This document shows positions 55,401-64,000 of a stretch of DNA of 64,000 nucleotides, piece by piece. This DNA comes from the human T2T-CHM13v2.0 reference genome, Homo sapiens, in assembly GCF_009914755.1 (NCBI RefSeq), contig NC_060944.1; one strand, 5' to 3'. Below the pieces are notes generated by a model. That model was not told the DNA's origin, did no database searches, and saw only the letters and a program-made list of their open reading frames with translations. Position 1 is the stretch's first letter. Every line of letters starts with the position of its first letter. A program made the position numbers and the translations under genes.

Positions 55401-58400
55401 ATTCGAGTGGAATGGAATGGAATGCAAAGTAATATAATGAAAATCAATGGAATCCACCCGAATGGAAAGGAAAGGAATGGAATGGAATGGAATGGAATGG
55501 TATGGAGAGGAATGGAATTTAATGGAATGGAGAGGAATGGAATGGAATTGAATGGAATGGAATGCAAAGGAACGGAAAGGAATGGAATGGAATGGAATTG
55601 AATGGAGTCAACGCAAGTGTAATTGAATGGAATGGAATGGAATGGAATGGAATGGAATGGAATGGAATGGAATTGATTTGAATGGAATGGAATGCAATGG
55701 AATGGAATGGAATGGAATGGAATCAAATAGAATAGAAACGAATGGAATGGAATGGAATGCAGTGGAATGGAATGGAATGGAATCAACCCGTGTGGAATGT
55801 AAGGCAAAGGAATGGAATGGAATGGAATGGAATCAACAGAATTGGAAGGGAAGGGAATGGAATAGAATGGAATGGAATGGAATGGAATCTACAAAAGTGG
55901 AATGGAATGGAATGGAATACAATGGAATGGAATGGAATGGTATGGAATGGAATAAACCGGAGTGGAATGGAATGGAATGGAATGCAATGGATTCGATTGG
56001 AACTTAATTAACCCGATTGGAATGGAGTGGAATGGAATGGAATGGAAAGAAGCCGATTGGAATGCAGTGGACTGAAAAGGAATGGAATTGAAAGGGATGG
56101 AATGGAATGGAATGGAATGCAATGGAATGGAATGGAATGGAATGGAATCAACCCGAGTGGAATGGAATAGAATGGAATGGAATGCAATCAACCCAAGTGG
56201 AATGGAAAGGAGTGGAATGGAATCGAATGGAATGGATTGGAATGGAATGGAATCGAATGCAATCAAATGGAATAGCATGGAAAGTAATGGAATGCAATGG
56301 AAAGGGATCAAGCCAGGTGGAATCGAAAGGAATGGAATGGAATTGAATGCAATGGAATTGAATGGAATCAAGCCGAGTGGAATGTAATGGCATGGAATGG
56401 AGTGGAATGGAATGGAAAGGAATGGAATGGATTCAACGCGATTGGAAAGGAATGGAATGGAATGGAATGGAATCAACCCGAGTGGAATGGAGTGCAACGG
56501 AATGGAGTGAAATGGAATGGAATGGAATGGAATGGAATGGAATGGAATGGAATGGAATGGAATCAACGTGATTGTAAAGGAATGAAATGAAATGGAATGG
56601 AATGGAATGCAATTGAATCAACTCGATTGGAAAGGAATGGTTGGAATGGAAATGAAAGGAATGGAATGGAATGAAATCAACCCGAATGGAATGGAATGGA
56701 ATGGAATTTAATGGAATGGAATGGAATGGAATGGAATGGAATGGAATGGAATGGAATGGAATGGAATGGAATCACCCAGAGTATAATTGAATGGAATGGA
56801 ATGGAATGGAATGGAATGGAATGGAATGGAATGGAAGGGAATGGAATGGAATGGATTCAAACCAAATGGAATGGAATGGAATGGATTGGAATGCAATGGA
56901 ATTGAATGGAATAAACTGAAGTGGAATGGTATAGAATGGAATGGAATGGATTGGAATGCAATGGAATGGGAAGGAATGGAATCAACTAGAATGGAAAGGA
57001 ATGGAATGGAATGGAATGCAGTGGAATGGAATGGAATGGAATCAACCCCTGTGGAATGTAATGCAAAGGAATGGAAAGGAATGGAATGGAATAAACAAAA
57101 GTGGAATGGAAGGGAATGGAATAGAATGGAATGGAATGGAATGGAAAGCAATGGAGTCAACCCGAATGGAATCGAATGGAATGGAATGTAAAGGAATGGA
57201 ATGGAATGGAATGGAATGGACTGGAATGGGATGGAATGGAATGAAACCGAGTGGAGTGGAATGGAATTGAATGAAATGGAATGGAATAAACTGCAAATGA
57301 AAGGAATGGAATGGAATGGAATGGAAACAACCAGAGTGGAATGGAATTGAATGGAATGGAATGGAATGGAATCAACACGAGTGGAATGGAATTGAATCGA
57401 ATGGAATGGAATGGAATCAACCAGAGTGGAATGGAATTGAATGGAATGGAATGGAATTAACCCGAGTGAAATGGAATGGAAAGGAATGGAATGGAATTTA
57501 ATGGAATGGAATTGAATGGAATCAACCTGAGTGGACTGAAATGAAATGGAGTGGAATGGAAAGCAATGGAATTGAATGGAATCACCCAGAGTTGAATGGA
57601 ATTGAATGGAATGGAATCAACCCAAATGGAATGTAATGAAATGGAATTGAATGGAATTACCCCGAGTGAAATGGCATGGAAAGGAACGGAATAGAATTTA
57701 ATGGAATGGAATGGCATGCAATGGAATCAACCCGATTGGAATGGAATGGCATGAAATGGAATGCAATGCAATGGAATGGAACCAATAAGAGTGAAATGGA
57801 TTGGAATGGAATGGAATGGAATGAAAGGGAATGGAAACAACGCGAGTGGAATGGAATGGAATGGAATGCAACGGAATGGAATGGAATGCAATGGAATGGA
57901 ATGGAATACACCAGAGTGGAATGGAATAGAATGGAATGGAATGGAGTGGAATCAACCCCAGTGGAATGGAACGGAATGGAATGGAATGGAATGGAATGGA
58001 ATGCAATGGAATGGAATGGAATGGATTGGAATCAAAACGAGTGTAATGGAACGGAATGGAAAGGAATGGAATGGAATGAAATCAACCCGAGTGGAATGGA
58101 ATGGAATGGAATGGAATGGGATGGAATAGAATGAAATGACGTGGATTGGAATCAATCTGAGTGGAATGGAAAGGAATAGAAAGGAATGGAATTGAAGAGA
58201 ATGGAATGGAATGGAATGGAATGGAACGGAATTTAAAGGAATCAACCAGAATGGAATTGACTGTAACGGACGGGAATGGAATGGAATGGAATGGAATGGA
58301 ATGGAATGGAATAGAGTGGATTGGAATCAATCTGAGTGGAATGGAAAGGAATGGAAAGGAATGGAATTGAAGAGAATTGAATGGAATGGAACGGAATGGA

Positions 58401-61400
58401 ATGGAATGGAATGGAATGGAATGCAATGCAATGGAATCAACCAGAGTGGAATTGAGTGTAATGGATCGAAATGGAATGGAATGGAATGGAATAAACCTGA
58501 GTAGAATGCAATGGTAGGGAATGGAATCGAATGGAATGGAATGGCATTGAATGGAATCAACACGAGTGGAATGGAATGGAATGGATTGGATTGGAAAGTT
58601 ATGGAATCAACCCGAATGGAATGTAATGGAAAGGAATGGAATGGAATGCAGTGTAATTAACCCGAGTGGAATGGAATGGTATGGAGTGAAATGGAACGGA
58701 ATGGAATGGTATGGAATGGAATGGAATGAAAAGGAAAGGAAAGCAATGGAATCAAAACGAGTGGAATGGAATGGAATGTAAAGAAATGAAGTGGAATTCA
58801 ATAGAATCAACACGAGTGGAATGAAATGGAAAGGAATTTAACGGAATGGAATGGAATGGAATGGAATCCAATCCAATGAAAAGGAATGGAATGGAACGGA
58901 ATAGAATGGAATGGAATGGAATGGAATGGAAAAAATTCGAGTGGAATGGAATGGAATGCAAAGTAATATAATGAAAATCAATGGAATCCACCCGAATGGA
59001 AAGGAAAGGAATGGAATGGAATGGAATGGAATGGAATGGAATGGAATGGAATGGTATGGAGAGGAATGGAATTTAATGGAATGGAGAGGAATGGAATGGA
59101 ATTGAATGGAATGGAATGCAAAGGAACGGAAAGGAATGGAATGGAATGGAATTGAATGGAGTCAACGCAAGTGTAATGGAATGGAATGGAATGGAATGGA
59201 ATGGAATGGAATGGAATGGAATTGATTTGAATGGAATGGAATCAACTGGAATGGAATGCAATGGAATGGAATGGAATGGAATGGAATCAAATAGAATAGA
59301 AACGAATGGAATGGAATGGAATGCAGTGGAATGGAATGGAATGGAATCAACCTGTGTGGAATGTAAGGCAAAGGAATGGAATGGAATGGAATGGAATCAA
59401 CAAAATTGGAAGGGAAGGGAATGGAATAGAATGGAATGGAATGGAATGGAATCTACAAAAGTGGAATGGAATGGAATGGAATACAATGGAATGGAATGGA
59501 ATGGAATGGAATGGAATAAACCGGAGTGGAATGGAATGGAATGGAATGCAATGGATTCGATTGGAACTTAATTAACCCGATTGGAATGGAGTGGAATGGA
59601 ATGGAATGGAAAGAAGCCGATTGGAATGCAGTGGACTGAAAAGGAATGGAATTGAAAGGGATGGAATGGAATGGAATGGAATGCAATGGAATGGAATGGA
59701 ATGGAATGGAATCAACCCGAGTGGAATGGAATAGAATGGAATGGAATGCAATCAACCCAAGTGGAATGGAAAGGAGTGGAATGGAATCGAATGGAATGGA
59801 TTGGAATGGAATGGAATCGAATGCAATCGAATGGAATAGCATGGAAAGTAATGGAATGCAATGGAAAGGAATCAAGCCAGGTGGAATCGAAAGGAATGGA
59901 ATGGAATTGAATGCAATGGAATTGAATGGAATCAAGCCGAGTGGAATGTAATGGCATGGAATGGAGTGGAATGGAATGGAAAGGAATGGAATGGATTCAA
60001 CGCGATTGGAAAGGAATGGAATGGAATGGAATGGAATCAACCCGAGTGGAATGGAGTGCAATGGAATGGAATGGAATGGAATGGAATGGAATGGAATGGA
60101 ATGGAATGGAATCAACGTGATTGTAAAGGAATGAAATGAAATGGAATGGAATGGAATGCAATTGAATCAACTCGATTGGAAAGGAATGGTTGGAATGGAA
60201 ATGAAAGGAATGGAATGGAATGAAATCAACCCGAATGGAATGGAATGGAATGGAATGGAATGGAATGGAATTTAATGGAATGGAATGGAATGGAATGGAA
60301 TGGAATGGAATGGAATGGAATGGAATGGAATGGAATGGAATCACCCAGAGTATAATTGAATGGAATGGAATGGAATGGAATGGAATGGAAGGGAATGGAA
60401 TGGAATGGATTCAAACCAAATGGAATGGAATGGAATGGATTGGAATGCAATGGAATTGAATGGAATAAACTGAAGTGGAATGGTATAGAATGGAATGGAA
60501 TGGATTGGAATGCAATGGAATGGGAAGGAATGGAATCAACTAGAATGGAAAGGAATGGAATGGAATGGAATGCAGTGGAATGGAATGGAATGGAATCAAC
60601 CCCTGTGGAATGTAATGCAAAGGAATGGAAAGGAATGGAATGGAATAAACAAAAGTGGAATGGTAGGGAATGGAATAGAATGGAATGGAATGGAATGGAA
60701 AGCAATGGAGTCAACCCGAATGGAATCGAATGGAATGGAATGCAAAGGAATGGAATGGAATGGAATGGAATGGACTGGAATGGGATGGAATGGAATGAAA
60801 CCGAGTGGAGTGGAATGGAATTGAATGAAATGGAATGGAATAAACTGCAAATGAAAGGAATGGAATGGAATGGAATGGAAACAACCAGAGTGGAATGGAA
60901 TTGAATGGAATGGAATGGAATGGAATCAACCCGAGTGGAATGGAATTGAATCGAATGGAATGGAATGGAATCAACCAGAGTGGAATGGAATTGAATGGAA
61001 TGGAATGGAATTAACCCGAGTGAAATGGAATGGAAAGGAATGGAATGGAATTTAATGGAATGGAATTGAATGGAATCAACCTGAGTGGACTGAAATGAAA
61101 TGGAGTGGAATGGAAAGCAATGGAATTGAATGGAATCACCCAGAGTTGAATGGAATTGAATGGAATGGAATCAACCCAAATGGAATGTAATGAAATGGAA
61201 TTGAATGGAATTACCCCGAGTGAAATGGCATGGAAAGGAACGGAATAGAATTTAATGGAATGGAATGGAATGCAATGGAATCAACCTGATTGGAATGGAA
61301 TGGCATGAAATGGAATGCAATGCAATGGAATGGAACCAATAAGAGTGAAATGGATTGGAATGGAATGGAATGGAATGAAAGGGAATGGAAACAACGCGAG

Positions 61401-64000
61401 TGGAATGGAATGGAATGGAATGCAACGGAATGGAATGGAATGCAATGGAATGGAATGGAATACACCAGAGTGGAATGGAATAGAATGGAATGGAATGGAG
61501 TGGAATCAACCCCAGTGGAATGGAACGGAATGGAATGGAATGGAATGGAATGGAATGGAATGGAATGCAATGGAATGGAATGGAATGGATTGGAATCAAA
61601 CCGAGTGTAATGGAATGGAATGGAAAGGAATGGAATGGAATGAAATCAACCCGAGTGGAATGGAATGGAATGGAATGGGATGGAATAGAATGAAATGACG
61701 TGGATTGGAATCAATCTGAGTGGAATGGAAAGGAATAGAAAGGAATGGAATTGAAGAGAATGGAATGGAATGGAATGGAAAGGAACGGAATTTAAAGGAA
61801 TCAACCAGAATGGAATTGACTGTAACGGACGGGAATGGAATGGAATGGAATGGAATGGAATGGAATGGAATGGAATGGAATAGAGTGGATTGGAATCAAT
61901 CTGAGTGGAATGGAAAGGAATGGAAAGGAATGGAATTGAAGAGAATTGAATGGAATGGAACGGAATGGAATGGAATGGAATGGAATGCAATGGAATGCAA
62001 TGGAATCAACCAGAGTGGAATTGAGTGTAATGGATCGAAATGGAATGGAATGGAATGGAATAAACCTGAGTAGAATGCAATGGTAGGGAATGGAATCGAA
62101 TGGAATGGAATGGCATTGAATGGAATCAACACGAGTGGAATGGAATGGAATGGATTGGATTGGAAAGTTATGGAATCAACCCGAATGGAATGTAATGGAA
62201 AGGAATGGAATGGAATGCAGTGTAATTAACCCGAGTGGAATGGAATGGTATGGAGTGAAATGGAACGGAATGGAATGGTATGGAATGGAATGGAATGAAA
62301 AGGAAAGGAAAGCAATGGAATCAAAACGAGTGGAATGGAATGGAATGTAAAGAAATGAAGTGGAATTCAATAGAATCAACACGAGTGGAATGAAATGGAA
62401 AGGAATTTAACGGAATGGAATGGAATGGAATGGAATCCAATCCAATGAAAAGGAATGGAATGGAACGGAATAGAATGGAATGGAATGGAATGGAATGGAA
62501 AAAATTCGAGTGGAATGGAATGGAATGCAAAGAAATATAATGAAAATCAATGGAATCCACCCGAATGGAAAGGAAAGGAATGGAATGGAATGGAATGGAA
62601 TGGTATGGAGAGGAATGGAATTTAATGGAATGGAGAGGAATGGAATGGAATTGAATGGAATGGAATGCAAAGGAACGGAAAGGAATGGAATGGAATGGAA
62701 TTGAATGGAGTCAACGCAAGTGTAATTGAATGGAATGGAATGGAATGGAATGGAATGGAATGGAATGGAATTGATTTGAATGGAATGGAATGCAATGGAA
62801 TGGAATGGAATGGAATGGAATCAAATAGAATAGAAACGAATGGAATGGAATGGAATGCAGTGGAATGGAATGGAATGGAATCAACCCGTGTGGAATGTAA
62901 GGCAAAGGAATGGAATGGAATGGAATGGAATCAACAGAATTGGAAGGGAAGGGAATGGAATAGAATGGAATGGAATGGAATGGAATCTACAAAAGTGGAA
63001 TGGAATGGAATGGAATACAATGGAATGGAATGGAATGGTATGGAATGGAATAAACCGGAGTGGAATGGAATGGAATGGAATGCAATGGATTCGATTGGAA
63101 CTTAATTAACCCGATTGGAATGGAGTGGAATGGAATGGAATGGAAAGAAGCCGATTGGAATGCAGTGGACTGAAAAGGAATGGAATTGAAAGGGATGGAA
63201 TGGAATGGAATGGAATGCAATGGAATGGAATGGAATGGAATGGAATCAACCCGAGTGGAATGGAATAGAATGGAATGGAATGCAATCAACCCAAGTGGAA
63301 TGGAAAGGAGTGGAATGGAATCGAATGGAATGGATTGGAATGGAATGGAATCGAATGCAATCAAATGGAATAGCATGGAAAGTAATGGAATGCAATGGAA
63401 AGGGATCAAGCCAGGTGGAATCGAAAGGAATGGAATGGAATTGAATGCAATGGAATTGAATGGAATCAAGCCGAGTGGAATGTAATGGCATGGAATGGAG
63501 TGGAATGGAATGGAAAGGAATGGAATGGATTCAACGCGATTGGAAAGGAATGGAATGGAATGGAATGGAATCAACCCGAGTGGAATGGAGTGCAACGGAA
63601 TGGAGTGAAATGGAATGGAATGGAATGGAATGGAATGGAATGGAATGGAATGGAATGGAATCAACGTGATTGTAAAGGAATGAAATGAAATGGAATGGAA
63701 TGGAATGCAATTGAATCAACTCGATTGGAAAGGAATGGTTGGAATGGAAATGAAAGGAATGGAATGGAATGAAATCAACCCGAATGGAATGGAATGGAAT
63801 GGAATTTAATGGAATGGAATGGAATGGAATGGAATGGAATGGAATGGAATGGAATGGAATGGAATGGAATCACCCAGAGTATAATTGAATGGAATGGAAT
63901 GGAATGGAATGGAATGGAATGGAATGGAATGGAATGGAAGGGAATGGAATGGAATGGATTCAAACCAAATGGAATGGAATGGAATGGATTGGAATGCAAT
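52485..64000 (+). repeat. Domain of ~3.55 kb higher-order units (3 complete plus a partial), continuing off the window end
   Basis: TTAATTAA spacings are 3519, 3564 and 3534. The same junction as at 37.7 kb and 41.3 kb occurs at ~54719-54790, ~58263-58324 and ~61822-61893. Confidence 0.93.
54212..64000 (+). repeat. ~7.1 kb superperiod (dimer of 3.55 kb units)
   Basis: Private variants repeat at an offset of 7098-7103 but not at 3.55 kb: AAAGGGATCAAGCC (56301/63399), GCAATCAAATGG (56259/63357), GGAGTGAAATGG (56504/63602), GGAAAGGAACGGAATTT (54674/61777) and GGTATGGAATGGAATAAACCGG (55939/63037). Confidence 0.85.

Larger units (their letters stand above)
1..64000 (+). repeat. Human Satellite III (HSat3) array, (GGAAT)n/(ATTCC)n with interspersed CAACCCGAGT-type decamers; pericentromeric or acrocentric heterochromatin
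   Basis: The GGAAT pentamer dominates every line. The frequent in-phase decamer CAACCCGA(G/A)T (e.g. ~290, ~924, ~1464) is the classical Satellite III motif. The CATTCGATTC-rich pattern of HSat2 is not dominant. No unique sequence or strand switch is visible. Confidence 0.97.

Noticed and set aside
1-64000. Hundreds of ORFs (MEWNG repeats on +, IPFHS repeats on -), up to 338 aa (26091-27107) and 330 aa (49065-50057)
   Set aside because: A pure GGAAT repeat has no stop codon in any frame and translates to a 5-aa cycle. The ORFs overlap in all six frames and their boundaries change between otherwise near-identical units, so there is no coding signal.
1-64000. CRISPR-like alternation of the conserved CAACCCGAGT motif with 'spacers'
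   Set aside because: The intervening sequence is just GGAAT pentamers of irregular length, not unique spacers. There are no cas genes or leader, and this is a eukaryotic satellite.
52485-64000. Identity with Y-chromosome DYZ1 because of the ~3.56 kb period
   Set aside because: The period here appears to arise by deletion from a 6.45 kb unit, and size similarity alone is not evidence. Assignment needs alignment to DYZ1 and HSat3 subfamily k-mers.
1-64000. Telomeric repeat, alpha satellite/CENP-B boxes, HSat2, or inserted Alu/L1
   Set aside because: I saw no TTAGGG arrays, 171-bp monomers, HSat2-type GAATCGAATG/ATCATC dominance, poly-A tails or non-pentamer sequence.

Overview
The whole 64 kb window is one uninterrupted, single-orientation array of human/hominoid Satellite III (HSat3). 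It consists of (GGAAT)n pentamers on the + strand interspersed with the diagnostic CAACCCGA(G/A)T decamer and its variants. There are no credible genes, RNA genes or transposon insertions; every ORF in the track is an artefact of the pentamer (MEWNG on +, IPFHS on -). The informative structure is hierarchical: 5-bp pentamer, then ~1.5-1.7 kb diverged subunits, then a ~6.45 kb higher-order (nested tandem) repeat. A once-per-unit TTAATTAA landmark ends at 3135, 9621, 16058, 22475, 28976, 35438, 39027, 42621, 49298, 52492, 56011, 59575 and 63109, giving unit lengths of 6486, 6437, 6417, 6501, 6462, 3589, 3594, 6677, 3194, 3519, 3564 and 3534 bp. The window therefore captures a transition from a 6.45 kb repeat to a ~3.55 kb variant, probably deletion-derived, with the same junction in 5 copies. 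It also holds one independent 3.19 kb deletion unit, a nascent 7.1 kb dimer, and mosaic sharing of variants between non-adjacent units. All rearrangements preserve pentamer phase. I see no new protein-coding system; the novelty is in satellite architecture and evolution. Chromosome and HSat3 subfamily cannot be assigned without a search.
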